From Planctomycetota bacterium (GTDB lineage: Bacteria > Planctomycetota > UBA11346), in the NCBI GenBank assembly GCA_038213805.1, contig JBBQSO010000025.1, positions 1 through 64,000 of the forward strand: 64,000 bases of DNA, written 5' to 3'. Below are positions 29,201-38,541 of this stretch, piece after piece; position 1 is the stretch's first letter; every line of letters begins with the position of its first letter. The notes beneath the pieces were generated by a model. That model was not told the DNA's origin, did no database searches, and saw only the letters and a list, made by a program, of their open reading frames with translations. Position numbers and translations under genes: made by a program.

Positions 29201-32200
29201 CGCTGAGATCCTGCGCGCCACCCCAGGCCCCGCCCGGCACGCTGCGCACGTCGAGCGCGTCGCCGAGGACGATGGCCTCGTCACCGGCCCAGTCGTCGAG
29301 CTGACCATCGATGCGCAGTCCAAAGCGCGTGAACAGCGCCGGACGGGTGTCGGGACGGTAGAGCGCGGTGAACTCGCTGGCACCTTCGTGCGCCGGCCCG
29401 GGCTGGCCCGCGGTCACGCGCACCTGATCGAGCGCCGCCTCAAGCGCCAGGCGGCCGGCCGGGGGCGGCGGCAGGCCGCCGACCGCGCACACGCCTTCGC
29501 GCGCCGCGTAGACCAGCTGTCCGGCGACGAAGGCCGTCGGCATGACGCTCTCGCGGTGCGCGATGTCGGTGCCGGGCAGCATGCCGCTGCCGGCGGGCCG
29601 ACCGGTCTCGAGGTCGAGCAGCAGGTAGCGCAGGCGCAGGTCGTCCTCGGGGTGCTCGATCACCGCCAGGTATTTGCCGGCCGCCTGGAAGCCGACGCAG
29701 CGGTGGTGCCAGGCGTCGCCCAGGTCGGCGCTCCACAGCTCCTTATTGCCGGACAGGCTGCGGCAGATCACGGTGGGATGGCCGCCGCCGCGCTGGTCAT
29801 TCATGCCGATGGCGCGGTCGCCGACGAAGCGGAACGAGTCGGCCAGGTACGGGCGCCAACCCTTGTAGACCTCGCCGTCGAAGACGGTCTTGCCGGCCGC
29901 GGGCTCGAGCGCGTGGTTGCGCCAGCTGTCGCCCTGGTGCGCCGCGACCACCAGCAGGCCGCCGTCGAGGTGCAGACTGAGGTCTTCGCCGCCACTGGTG
30001 GGCACGCTCCACGCGAGTTTGTGCTGGGCGAGGTCGACCGCGGCCAGGCTACGGTCGGCGCACAGGTAGACGGTGGTGCGGTCGGCCGAGAGGATGCTGG
30101 CGAAGCGGCGTGGGTTGCGCTCGGTCAGCGGCAGGTCGAGACGCCAGGTCTGCGCGCCGCTGCGCGCGTCGCGGCCCTCGATGGCGCCGTGGTCGCCGCG
30201 CATCAGCACGGCGATGACCTCGCCCGCGGCGCTCAGGCCCAGCCAGCGCGGCTCGGCCGGCAGGTCGACGCCGCCGGCGGAGGCGCCGTTTGCGGAATTC
30301 AGCAGTTCGACATGCCGGCGTGTGCGGCTCCACACCGCGACCAGGCCGCCGCCTGCGGCGATCTGGCCATAGGGGCGCCGGTCTTCGCGGTTCTCGCTCT
30401 CGACGAAGAAGCCGGGATCGTCGTAGGGCAGGGCGTGCGACCACAGCAGGCGGCCGGAGGCGAGGTCGAAGGCGGCGAGGCTGCGCGGGTGGACGGTCAG
30501 CAGGCGGCCATCGGCGACCTCGGCGCGCAGCAGGCCGGGCGCCATCGGCGCCTGCCACACGATCTTGCCGCCGTCGGCGTCCATGCGCACCAGGCGGTCG
30601 CCAAGGTCGAGGTAGAGGTCGCCGACCTCGGCGTCGCCCGGACGCACCACCGTGCCCGCACCGTCGCCCAGGCGCCAGCGCTGCGCCAGCGGCGCGGCGA
30701 ACTCGGCGGCGGGCAGTCCGCTCAGCGGCAGCGCCGCATCGCCCACGTCCCCGGGCACGATGACCGCGGCCGGCGCAGCGCCGGGCTTTTCCTGCAACGC
30801 GACCAGGCGGTCGGGGCCAGTGCCCAGCACCAGGCCGTCGAGCAGCACCAGGTTGCCGATCGGCGCGTCGAGGCCGAGCCTGCTCCATGCGTCCACGGCC
30901 TGCGGCCGGCCATCGTCGGCGGCGAGGCGCACCAGCGCGCTGCGCGTTGGCACGTAGACGCTGGCGCCGCCGATGGCGGCAAGTCCGTAGAGCTGGTCCT
31001 CGCCGGCCGGCGACCAGCGCCAGCGGCGCTCGCCGCCCGTCGCGCCCAGGCACTCCACACCGCGGCCTTCGACGACCAGTCCGGCCGCGGCGCCCACGCC
31101 GCTCAGCCCGATCACGGCGCGCGCGTCGGAAAGCTCCTGCTTCCAGCGGATGGCGCCGTTGGCGCGCGCGATCGCCAGCACCGCCAGGGTGTCGCGCGGC
31201 GCCACGTAGAGCAGCTCGTCGCCGACCACCACGCGGCTGGCGGCGCGCCCCGCGAGCTGGCGCACCGCGCTGCGGCTGGCCACGCCGTCGAGCAGCGCGC
31301 GCGGGTAGGTGGCAGCCCAGCGCACCGTGCCGTCGCCCAGGTCGAGGTCGACCACGCTGCCCGCGTCGGTGGCGAGGTAGACGTCGCCGCCGGCGATCGA
31401 TGGCGCGGCGAGGTGGTCGCCAAGGTAGATCTCCTGTTGGCTGGTCAGGGTCAGGCTGGCCAGGCCGAAGGCGAGCGGGGTGCGCCACAGCAGGCGGCCG
31501 TCGGCCGCGGTGAAAGCCGCGACGAAGCTGCGCGAGCGCTCGTCGCGCTGCTGGAAGACCGCGACCACCACGCCCGAGGAGCACGCCGGCGAGCTCACTG
31601 CGCTGGCGTTGGCGGTGGCGGGCTCGCTCTCGCTCGACCAGCGCAGTGCGCCACTGGCGGCGTCGCGCGCCTCGACCGCGTAGGCCGCGCCGGAACCCGC
31701 GCCCGCGCCGCTGCGGTGCTGGGCGCGCGCGTAGACGCGGCCATCAGCAACCGTGGTCATGGTCTCGGGCAGGCCGGCGAAGGCGTCCTGGCGCAGGCCG
31801 CGGCGCAGGCCGGGGAAGGCGCTGGGCGAGCGCCAGCGCAGCGCCCCGCTCGCCAGATCGATGGCGAAGGTCTCGTCGAGGGTGTGCAGCCAGGCGGTGC
31901 GCCCGTCGCTGGCGGCGTGCAGCATCAGCTGCTGCCACGGCGCCGGCGCGAAGCGGTCGGCGGCCATCTGCTCGGCCGGGTGCACCGGCAGCACGGTGGC
32001 GGAGCGCACGCCGACGGGCACCGGCGCGGCGCCGCTGGCGCCGCGCCGCAGCGGGCTGCCGCCGACGGTCGGCCACGAGGCCTGTCCGGCCTGCTCGCCC
32101 GCGGCCAGGGTGCGGCTCAGCGCGGTGGCGAAATCCGCGGCGGACTGCGGCGCGCCACGGATGGTCAGGCTGACGGCGGCGCAGGGAGGTGCGGCCAGGC

Positions 32201-35200
32201 GCGCCAGCGCGGCGCGTGCGCCGGCCCAGTCGCCGGCCTGCAGGCAGGCCTGGGCGAGCTTGGCGACCAACGGCGTGGCGGCGGCGTCGGCCGGGCGCGC
32301 GGCCAGCGCCTGCGCGAGCAGCGCCGCGGCGCGCCGCGGGCTGCCGGCGTCGCTGAGCAGATCGGCGGCCGCGACCAGCGCGTCGCCGGCCACGCTGCTG
32401 CCGGGATAGGTGCGCGCGACCTGCGCGAGCAGCGCGGCATCGCCGGCGGCGCGCGCCGCCTGGAGGAGATCCTTGGCGCGCGCGTCGTAGAGCTTGCGGT
32501 ACGCCGCGGTGGCCTCGGCGCCGAGGCCGTGCAGGCGGTCGGCGACGTACTCGGACACGCCGACCACGATGCCGGCGTCGAGCCGCACCAGCTCGGCGGC
32601 GTGCCCGTCGAGCGCGCGCTGGTAGGTGCGCAGGCCGCGCTCAAGGTCGCCGGCGGCGATCGCACGGTCGGCGGTCTGGACCATGGTCGCGGCGTCGAGC
32701 GAGGCCTCGAAGGACGCGTTGTCGCCTTTGGCTCCGCGCACCAGGAACAGCCCGTCGTGGACCTGCTTGCGCAGGTTCTCATCGCCGATCGGGCGCTCGC
32801 TGGCGCGGCGCAGGTAGTCGACGGCGGTACGCGGGTAGCCGGCGATGCGGTACAGCTCGCCGAGTTCGGCGAGCACACGCGTCTGGGCGTCGCCGTCGAA
32901 AGCGGTGACCTGGATGCGGCGCAGCACCGCGGCGGCGCCCGCGAAGTCGCCGAGCGCGCGCAGGCCGGCGGCGGCGCGCGGGCGGAAGCCGGCGAGGAAG
33001 GCGTCCTTGCCGGCGAAGCCGCGGCGCTCGCCATAGCCTTCCAGCCATTCGACCAGTTCGGGGCCGAGGCGCGGAGACGCCGCCTCCGACTCGCTGTCGG
33101 CCGGGCGCTCCGGCACCGCGAGCAGGCGGTCGATGGCGGCGAGCTGCAGTTCCGGGCGCTCGGGGAAGGCGCGCGCCAGCAGCCGCGCCAGCGCCACCGC
33201 CTCGTCGGCCTGGCCGGCCTTCAGCGCCGCCGAAACCATCTCGGCGCAGGCCGCAGCGACCGCGGGCCGTGCCTCGGCCGAGCGCTCAAGCAGCCCGAGC
33301 ACCTGCGCCAGGTCGATCGCCTGCGCGCCGGCGCTGGTGATGCTGATGGTCACGCCCCAGTCGCCGTTGCCCTGCTGGATCATCGCCAGCAGGGTGTTAG
33401 GGCCGGCCTCAAGGTGCACCGGCACGATGATGTCGCCGGGCTTCACGGCGCGGCTCTGGCGATCCTCGTGGACCTTCTTGCCATTGAACCACAGCACCAG
33501 GCCGTCGTCGGCGCCGCAGCTCAGCTCGGCGTCGCCCGCCGCCAGCGCGTCGATCTCGCGGTAGGCGAAGGCCACGCAGTCGTTGTGGTTCAAGAGGCGC
33601 TGCAGGTCGAGCACACCGTCCTGGTAGGCATCCAGGCCGGGGTGCTGCCATTTCAGGCCCTGCACATCCTTGCCGACGGCGACGCGGCCGCGCTGGCCGG
33701 TGCCCACCACCGGCGGGTGGTCGTAGCACTTGAAGTCCTGGTTATCGAAGGGTCCGATCACCGCGAAGTCGCGGATCAGCGGCGCGAGCAGCAGATTGCG
33801 TCCGGATCCGGGCGCGGGCGCAGGGGCGCCATCGGCGCGCGCCAGCATGCGCGCGCCCGCCGCGCTCTCGGCCAGGCAGGCGCGCGCGTAGGCGGAGCGC
33901 AGCGCCTGCAGCGCCTCGGGCAGGTGGCCATCGGCGAGCGCCTGGTCGGCGCTGGCGCGGCGCTTCTGCACGCCGACCTCGGCTCCGGCCGCGCACAACG
34001 CCAGGGCCTGGCGGTAGTGGTCGATGGCTTGGCGCACCGCGGGCTCGGCGGGCGCGCCGGCACCGGTCGCAGTGAGCAGGGCCTCGGCGAGCTCAACGTG
34101 CAGGCTCTCCCACCCCGACTCGACGGTGCGGCGGTTGGCGAGCACCTGCTGGAGGTGGGCGATGCGACCGGCCTGGTCGCCGCGCGCTTCGCTGGCGCCG
34201 GCGAGCACGCCCTGCACGCGCGCCACGCGCGCGGGCCCGTCGTGCGGTGCCGCGGCGGCGGCGGCAAGCAGCGCGGCGGCGTCGCCCTCGCGGCCGGCGG
34301 CGAGATCGCTGGCGAGCGCCTGCAGGCGGAAGGCGAAGGCGCGCTCGTCGTCACCAGTGCCGGCAGCAACGGATGCGGCAGATAGTTGCGCGGCGATGGC
34401 GCGCAGGTCGGTGGGCACCTGGTCCTCCTGCTTGAGCACCTGGTGCAGGCGCGCGCGCGCCAGGCCGGCGGCGATGACCACCTCGACGGAGGCGGTCGCA
34501 CCAGGTGCGCCCGGTGCTGGCGCCTGCTGCTGGTCGAGCGCCTCGAGTCCCTTGTCCGGGAAGCCCATCTGGTCCCACAGCTGCGCCACGGTCAAGCGCG
34601 CCTCAAGGGTGTCGCCGCCCTTGGCCGCGAGGCGGCGCTTGGCGAGCTCCTGGACGTCGGCGACCACCGCGTCGCGGTCGCGCAGCAGGCGGTGCAGGCG
34701 CGCGCGCTCAAAGCACGCGGCGTCGACCTGCGCGGCGCTGGCGCCCTCCTTGTCGAGCAGCGCGCCGAGGGTCTCCGCGGCCTGGCGCAGCAGGCCCTGG
34801 GCCTCCCACAGGCGCGCGCACTCCTGCACCGCGGCCGCGGCGTTCTCGGTATCCTCGGGCAGATCGGCGGCGACGCGCGCCAGCCAGGCGATGCGCGCCG
34901 CCAGCGCGGCCGGCTCGTGGCGCAGCGTGAACATGCTCGCCAGATCCCAGTTGTGCGCGGCGACCTTGACCACCACCTGGTTGTCGCCGCGGTGCAGGCG
35001 CACGCTCGCCGCGAGGCGGTCGGGCTGGACGTTGGGCAGATCGCGTTGGCCGTCGGCGACCGGGTGGCCGTCGACGTAGACCCAGATGCGGCGCGTGCCG
35101 TCGAAGAGCAGGCGCTCCTCGCGGTCGGCGTCAGCGGCGATGGTGGCGACCGCGTAGCACACCTGGTTCTCGCCGGTGACCTTGAGCAGGGTCTTGAAGT

Positions 35201-36209
35201 TGATGGTCGGCCCGGCGCTCTCGTCTGTCTGGCGCGCCTGCCAATGGCCGGTGCTGCCGTCGACCAGGCGGAACGCCGCCTCCGGGTCGACCGCACGCTC
35301 CGGCCCGTAGGGCTTGTCGGAGGGGGCGAGGGGGCCGAGCAGCGACCAGCGGCGGATCTGCGAGGTCGCGAGCTGCGCCTCGCGCGCCTCGTCCCAGCTC
35401 TTCGGCTTGTGGTAGTCGGCGACCGCCGGCAGCGCCGGCACGGCGGTGGTGATGACGAGGTCCGAGATCGTCCAGGCGGTGGCCTGCGCCTGGTTGGGGT
35501 CGCCGACGTCGTTGGCGAGCAGCGGCTGCTGCTGCTCGGGGCGGTCGCCGACCCAGCCGCGGCCGACGATGAGCGTGCCGGGCGCCCCGGCGAAGCGGCC
35601 GGGTGCGCGTGCGCAGCTGCCCAGCACCTGCCAGCGCAGGCCATCCGTGCTGGCGTAAGCGCTGACGTCGCGGGTGGCGACGACCAGCCGGAACCACGAC
35701 GGTGCGACGCCGGCGAAGAGCGGGCCCTCGGTCTGGCCGCTGCCGTGCTCGGCCCCGGCCAGCCACGTGCACCAGCCGCGCCGGCGCTGCGGCTCGTAGC
35801 GCTCCAAGTATTGGCTCCAGCCGCCCAGGCCGACGGCGATCGCATTGCCGGGGCCCCAGTAGAGGGCGATCGCGGTGGGCGTCCCACCCAGCTCACCCTC
35901 GCTGGCGGTGGCGATGCGGCACTCGATGCGCAGCGGCGCCTGGTCGGTGCCGTCGATGCCGCCCAGGGCGCGCACCAGATGCGCGTAGTGCGCGGTATCG
36001 CCGCGCAGCACCAGGCTGCCGTGCGCGAAGCTGGCCGCCGCGTCCTTGGCCGCGGGCGAGTGCGCGAACTCCCAGCCGGCCGGCAGCGCCGCGCCATCGG
36101 CGTCTGCGGGCCAGGCGAGCTCGGCAGCGTGGCCCGCAGACGCGAGGCATGCGGTGAGCAGGGTCGCGCGCAGGCATGCCAGGCGTGGCTTCATCGGGGA
36201 TCTCGTCAT
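26244..36209 (-). CDS. giant secreted multidomain protein (3321 aa): lectin-like beta-sandwiches, TPR-like helices, PQQ-like beta-propellers, CBM9-like, Ig-like, PA14
   Basis: Signal peptide; many 'A.D..tG..rW' propeller blades; 'IDGQLDDW...AWDRRFVYLAVET' (CBM9-like); C-terminal 'GLKAEFF...WSARWSGQV...SDDGARLWIDGKLVVDAW...LEYYQGG' (PA14). Confidence 0.9.
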   Translation of the reverse strand: MTRSPMKPRLACLRATLLTACLASAGHAAELAWPADADGAALPAGWEFAHSPAAKDAAASFAHGSLVLRGDTAHYAHLVRALGGIDGTDQAPLRIECRIATASEGELGGTPTAIALYWGPGNAIAVGLGGWSQYLERYEPQRRRGWCTWLAGAEHGSGQTEGPLFAGVAPSWFRLVVATRDVSAYASTDGLRWQVLGSCARAPGRFAGAPGTLIVGRGWVGDRPEQQQPLLANDVGDPNQAQATAWTISDLVITTAVPALPAVADYHKPKSWDEAREAQLATSQIRRWSLLGPLAPSDKPYGPERAVDPEAAFRLVDGSTGHWQARQTDESAGPTINFKTLLKVTGENQVCYAVATIAADADREERLLFDGTRRIWVYVDGHPVADGQRDLPNVQPDRLAASVRLHRGDNQVVVKVAAHNWDLASMFTLRHEPAALAARIAWLARVAADLPEDTENAAAAVQECARLWEAQGLLRQAAETLGALLDKEGASAAQVDAACFERARLHRLLRDRDAVVADVQELAKRRLAAKGGDTLEARLTVAQLWDQMGFPDKGLEALDQQQAPAPGAPGATASVEVVIAAGLARARLHQVLKQEDQVPTDLRAIAAQLSAASVAAGTGDDERAFAFRLQALASDLAAGREGDAAALLAAAAAAPHDGPARVARVQGVLAGASEARGDQAGRIAHLQQVLANRRTVESGWESLHVELAEALLTATGAGAPAEPAVRQAIDHYRQALALCAAGAEVGVQKRRASADQALADGHLPEALQALRSAYARACLAESAAGARMLARADGAPAPAPGSGRNLLLAPLIRDFAVIGPFDNQDFKCYDHPPVVGTGQRGRVAVGKDVQGLKWQHPGLDAYQDGVLDLQRLLNHNDCVAFAYREIDALAAGDAELSCGADDGLVLWFNGKKVHEDRQSRAVKPGDIIVPVHLEAGPNTLLAMIQQGNGDWGVTISITSAGAQAIDLAQVLGLLERSAEARPAVAAACAEMVSAALKAGQADEAVALARLLARAFPERPELQLAAIDRLLAVPERPADSESEAASPRLGPELVEWLEGYGERRGFAGKDAFLAGFRPRAAAGLRALGDFAGAAAVLRRIQVTAFDGDAQTRVLAELGELYRIAGYPRTAVDYLRRASERPIGDENLRKQVHDGLFLVRGAKGDNASFEASLDAATMVQTADRAIAAGDLERGLRTYQRALDGHAAELVRLDAGIVVGVSEYVADRLHGLGAEATAAYRKLYDARAKDLLQAARAAGDAALLAQVARTYPGSSVAGDALVAAADLLSDAGSPRRAAALLAQALAARPADAAATPLVAKLAQACLQAGDWAGARAALARLAAPPCAAVSLTIRGAPQSAADFATALSRTLAAGEQAGQASWPTVGGSPLRRGASGAAPVPVGVRSATVLPVHPAEQMAADRFAPAPWQQLMLHAASDGRTAWLHTLDETFAIDLASGALRWRSPSAFPGLRRGLRQDAFAGLPETMTTVADGRVYARAQHRSGAGAGSGAAYAVEARDAASGALRWSSESEPATANASAVSSPACSSGVVVAVFQQRDERSRSFVAAFTAADGRLLWRTPLAFGLASLTLTSQQEIYLGDHLAAPSIAGGDVYLATDAGSVVDLDLGDGTVRWAATYPRALLDGVASRSAVRQLAGRAASRVVVGDELLYVAPRDTLAVLAIARANGAIRWKQELSDARAVIGLSGVGAAAGLVVEGRGVECLGATGGERRWRWSPAGEDQLYGLAAIGGASVYVPTRSALVRLAADDGRPQAVDAWSRLGLDAPIGNLVLLDGLVLGTGPDRLVALQEKPGAAPAAVIVPGDVGDAALPLSGLPAAEFAAPLAQRWRLGDGAGTVVRPGDAEVGDLYLDLGDRLVRMDADGGKIVWQAPMAPGLLRAEVADGRLLTVHPRSLAAFDLASGRLLWSHALPYDDPGFFVESENREDRRPYGQIAAGGGLVAVWSRTRRHVELLNSANGASAGGVDLPAEPRWLGLSAAGEVIAVLMRGDHGAIEGRDARSGAQTWRLDLPLTERNPRRFASILSADRTTVYLCADRSLAAVDLAQHKLAWSVPTSGGEDLSLHLDGGLLVVAAHQGDSWRNHALEPAAGKTVFDGEVYKGWRPYLADSFRFVGDRAIGMNDQRGGGHPTVICRSLSGNKELWSADLGDAWHHRCVGFQAAGKYLAVIEHPEDDLRLRYLLLDLETGRPAGSGMLPGTDIAHRESVMPTAFVAGQLVYAAREGVCAVGGLPPPPAGRLALEAALDQVRVTAGQPGPAHEGASEFTALYRPDTRPALFTRFGLRIDGQLDDWAGDEAIVLGDALDVRSVPGGAWGGAQDLSGKARVAWDRRFVYLAVETGDDRHEPPAPGGSPLDGDSVVVGIDPQGSNAGEQAPLVLALSLSDGRTRVTQLSGAPLPLPDAADEAGKGDEDRVTARAVRKAGGCTYELAIPWAALRANPGERPGYRLAMGLGVAVVDWDGGKPKAALEWGYGLMRGIAANRMARIQFVDLTPERIAGYRKFIALMPTHEFAWRFVERIAATHIGPAGLPGRVGEIEGYIVANPAGVHTATAIAGLERLYRSGGSAEPGEQAARFALKAGVAARLAGDAVGPGAASGNQGRAIRQWVRIDPAHPADELMVEVRSTTEDWRRALWGQDLLPWGEPGSVQRWPRGPLPKSGEWVALIVPVGAMRLDGHLIDSIGFASYGGNVAWGRTEFIEDGKVQVIMDGDLPKGANWGGGVTWTDQPAQDGKRSHGMGLQAAESEHRLGNGGIQIDLRAKTPPPAAPAERLQKDLEAAKLIPETEEALQLLREAEGQFNGQPEDQRLEHIIAMYADFLKSDPANQQAARVLTTVRFLIEGWNDNRKAPPKRGAALARCEALMDEVKLGREPRRQFYAELAAPLAEWKVVGLFDAPKGAQPLQEALPPERGPIDLDARYPTLRGSEVTWRDARADVNALNVTARLRDHEHRRGAVAYAYTRLEASASAEAALYLGVRGQALVWINGKRVGALLAADGTLQRDTFVLPCKLLKGANEILIKLSGGEGGAPLLTARIADLNGKPLEGLSVRLPPSLVAASAGNPTAVTVDFSGPLDPAGAEDPASYAVDHGVTVAKAALIGKERRSVALTLSPLAPDTEYTLTVTNVKNVAGTPLRSGARTRFHLLASGVGSGLKAEFFSGHEFKELLTTRNDETVDFEWGDGEQPDPAVPASNWSARWSGQVMPLFTDTWTFTTLSDDGARLWIDGKLVVDAWRDQAPTESTGTIALEAGRRYDLKLEYYQGGASAAMKLMWQCARQDREIIPKTQLFAGAPPAEAPGEKPKHHKEGK

Positions 36210-36219
36210 GGTCAGGGGC

Positions 36220-37440
36220 TCAGGGCTGCGCTGGCGCGGCCGGGGCGGCGGCCGGCGCGACGCCGGTGACCAGCACTGGCCAGCACCAGTCGCCGTGGCT
36301 GCCGGCGGCGGCGCCGGCGGGGAAGTCGACGATCAGCTGCAGTGACTTCGCGCCAGCGAGCGGCACCGCCACCACCTGCGCCGCCTGGCCGCCGCGGGCC
36401 TGCAGCTCGCGCACCGGTTTGCCGTCGACGACGATGCGGAACACCGCCGCGCCGCGCGCGCCGACCGCGTCATCGACGCCGAGCTCGGCGACCAGCGCGC
36501 TGCGCCCGCCGTCGAGCTGCCAGGTAAGCACGCTGCGCGCGTGGCAGCCCAGCCCACGCTCCGCGCGCGCGGCGCCGATGCGCAGAGGCCCACCGTCGAC
36601 GGCGCGGTCGACGCGGTAGGGGAAGGTCTCGTCGAACTCGCCAGTCTGCACCGCGGCCTGCGGCGCCAGCGAGCTGAGCGCGGTGAGCGGGCCACCTTCG
36701 CTCCACAACGCGGCGATCAGCGACGCGGGGATCTTGACCGTGCCGCCCCAGGTGGTGGCGAGTTCGCAGCGCTCACCATCGAGGACAGTGATTTTTCCGG
36801 CGATCAGGTCGCCTCCGACCAGGCGCAGGCGCTGCAGCGCGCCGGCTGCGGCCGGCGGCGCCGCGCGCGCGAGACGCACCTGCGCGGCGCGCGCGCGCGC
36901 GATCTCGACGATGCGGCGGCCGGTGTTGATGCCCACCGCCTGGTCGTTGACGAAGGCCAGCGTGCCGGCGACCTGGTCGCCGTTGCCGAGCAACGCGCCT
37001 TGGAAGGTCCCGGCCTCGGCGCCCGCTCCCGGCAGCGTGCCGAGCGCGGTCAGCGGCTGTGCCGCGAGCACCAACAGCTGCGCGCGCGCCAGCGGCAGCG
37101 TCACCGCGCCGAGCTGGTCGGCAGCGAACACCAGCTGGTCGGCCTGCACGCTGCGCACCACGCCACCGAGCACCTCGCCATCCTGCAGCACCAGCCCCTG
37201 GTCGAGCGTGCCCGCCGGCGCACGCCCCGCGAAGCGCAGCGCGACGATCTGCTCCACCGGCACGCTCGCCCCACCGATGCTCAGCGTGCCGCCCGCGATG
37301 CGCGGGCTGCCGTGCAGCACGACGCCCGCGGCGGTCAGCGCGTCGGCTTCGCCGGTGGTGTTCTCCGCGGCGCTCGCGACCGGGCCCATGCCCAGCAGCG
37401 CGCCGGCGATGGCGGTTAAGATCCGCGTAGCCGGGCTCAT
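36220..37440 (-). CDS. NPCBM/NEW2 domain exported protein
   Basis: Signal peptide; C-terminal 'DRAVDGGPLRIG...RGLGCHARS...LGVDD...VFRIVVDGK...LQLIVD...HGDW'. Confidence 0.85.
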   Translation of the reverse strand: MSPATRILTAIAGALLGMGPVASAAENTTGEADALTAAGVVLHGSPRIAGGTLSIGGASVPVEQIVALRFAGRAPAGTLDQGLVLQDGEVLGGVVRSVQADQLVFAADQLGAVTLPLARAQLLVLAAQPLTALGTLPGAGAEAGTFQGALLGNGDQVAGTLAFVNDQAVGINTGRRIVEIARARAAQVRLARAAPPAAAGALQRLRLVGGDLIAGKITVLDGERCELATTWGGTVKIPASLIAALWSEGGPLTALSSLAPQAAVQTGEFDETFPYRVDRAVDGGPLRIGAARAERGLGCHARSVLTWQLDGGRSALVAELGVDDAVGARGAAVFRIVVDGKPVRELQARGGQAAQVVAVPLAGAKSLQLIVDFPAGAAAGSHGDWCWPVLVTGVAPAAAPAAPAQP

Positions 37441-37450
37441 CTTCCCCCGC

Positions 37451-38518
37451 TCAGCGCTGGTAGATCGGCAGGTAGCGGTAGGGGATGTTCAACACCAGCA
37501 GCGCCATCGCCGTCGGGTACTGCTCGAAGCCGCCGTTCCAGTGCCCGTCGCTCTGCTGGCTGGTGATCAGCTCCTTGGTCACTGCGGGATACCAGGCGTT
37601 CCACGCGCGGCGGCCCCATTCGCCCGCGCTCTGTGACTGGTAGATGCCCATGGCGGCGTAGTACTGGCCGTAGAAATAGTGCTCCTGCCCCGGGTCCTTC
37701 GTGCCGACCGGCTTGAAGCTGATCAGGTACTCGACGCCCTCGCTGACCTCCTTGGCGCGGTAGTTGCCGGCGACCTGCAGCGACAGCACGCCGGCGCCGG
37801 TGCGCGCGAAGCCCGACTCGCCGCCGGGGGTGTAGGCGAAGCCGCCGTCCTTGCCCTCGGCCTTGCCGTTGTGGCAGCGCTTCACGTACTCGATGCCGGA
37901 ATCGATGACGTCCTTGGGCACGTAGATGCCGGCGTCCTTGGCGGCGCGCAGCGCCATCAGCATCATCACCGTGACCGAGAGGTCATCGTCGGAGACGCGC
38001 GGCTGGTAGCGCCAGCCGCCCTTCTGGTTCTGGGTCGAGACGATCAGCTCGATCGCGCGCTTCACCACGTCGCGGATGGACTTGTCCTGGGTCATGCCCC
38101 AGGCCTCGGCCAGGCACAGCGCGGCCAGGCCGTGGTGGTACATCGGCGCGCCGGGCATGGTCTGACGGTAGAGCAGCCCGTTGGGCTGCGCGGTCTTGAT
38201 CAGGAACTGGATGCAGCGCGCGGTGTTGACGCCGTATTCGCCGCGGTCGGGCACCTGCCCGGCGCTGAGGAAGGACAGGCAGCACGCCGCGACGATGCCG
38301 TCGCTCGCGCCGTACTGGCCCGGCCACGAACCGTCCTCGCGCTGGCTGGCGGCGAGGTAGGCGAGGCCCTTCTTGCTCGCCGCCGCAGCGGCTGGCGACA
38401 TCTCGGCCGCATCGGCGGCCTCGAGCGCCCAGGCGCCGGCGCCGCCGGCGAGGACGGTGCACGCGAGTGCGCGGAGGGCGGCAGTCCGCAGGCGGGCTGC
38501 GGGCGAAGATGCGGGCAT
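37451..38518 (-). CDS. prenyltransferase/squalene oxidase repeat (alpha/alpha barrel) protein
   Basis: QW-like repeats 'YLAASQREDGSW', 'QNQKGGWRY', 'DGGFAY' and 'QQSDGHW'; 'MYHHGLAALCLAE'; 'DDLSVT'. Confidence 0.88.
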   Translation of the reverse strand: MPASSPAARLRTAALRALACTVLAGGAGAWALEAADAAEMSPAAAAASKKGLAYLAASQREDGSWPGQYGASDGIVAACCLSFLSAGQVPDRGEYGVNTARCIQFLIKTAQPNGLLYRQTMPGAPMYHHGLAALCLAEAWGMTQDKSIRDVVKRAIELIVSTQNQKGGWRYQPRVSDDDLSVTVMMLMALRAAKDAGIYVPKDVIDSGIEYVKRCHNGKAEGKDGGFAYTPGGESGFARTGAGVLSLQVAGNYRAKEVSEGVEYLISFKPVGTKDPGQEHYFYGQYYAAMGIYQSQSAGEWGRRAWNAWYPAVTKELITSQQSDGHWNGGFEQYPTAMALLVLNIPYRYLPIYQR

Positions 38519-38541
38519 GGGATCCCTGGGGGCCAGACGGC

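Noticed and set aside
28326..34385. 2019-aa plus-strand ORF and similar long ORFs (11..1231, 2522..3679, 11700..13508, 17808..19988, 38467..41001, 42305..44659, 44508..46952, 56910..58973)
   Set aside because: They are antisense shadows of genes with clear motifs on the other strand. This is expected in high-GC DNA, and they carry no motifs of their own.
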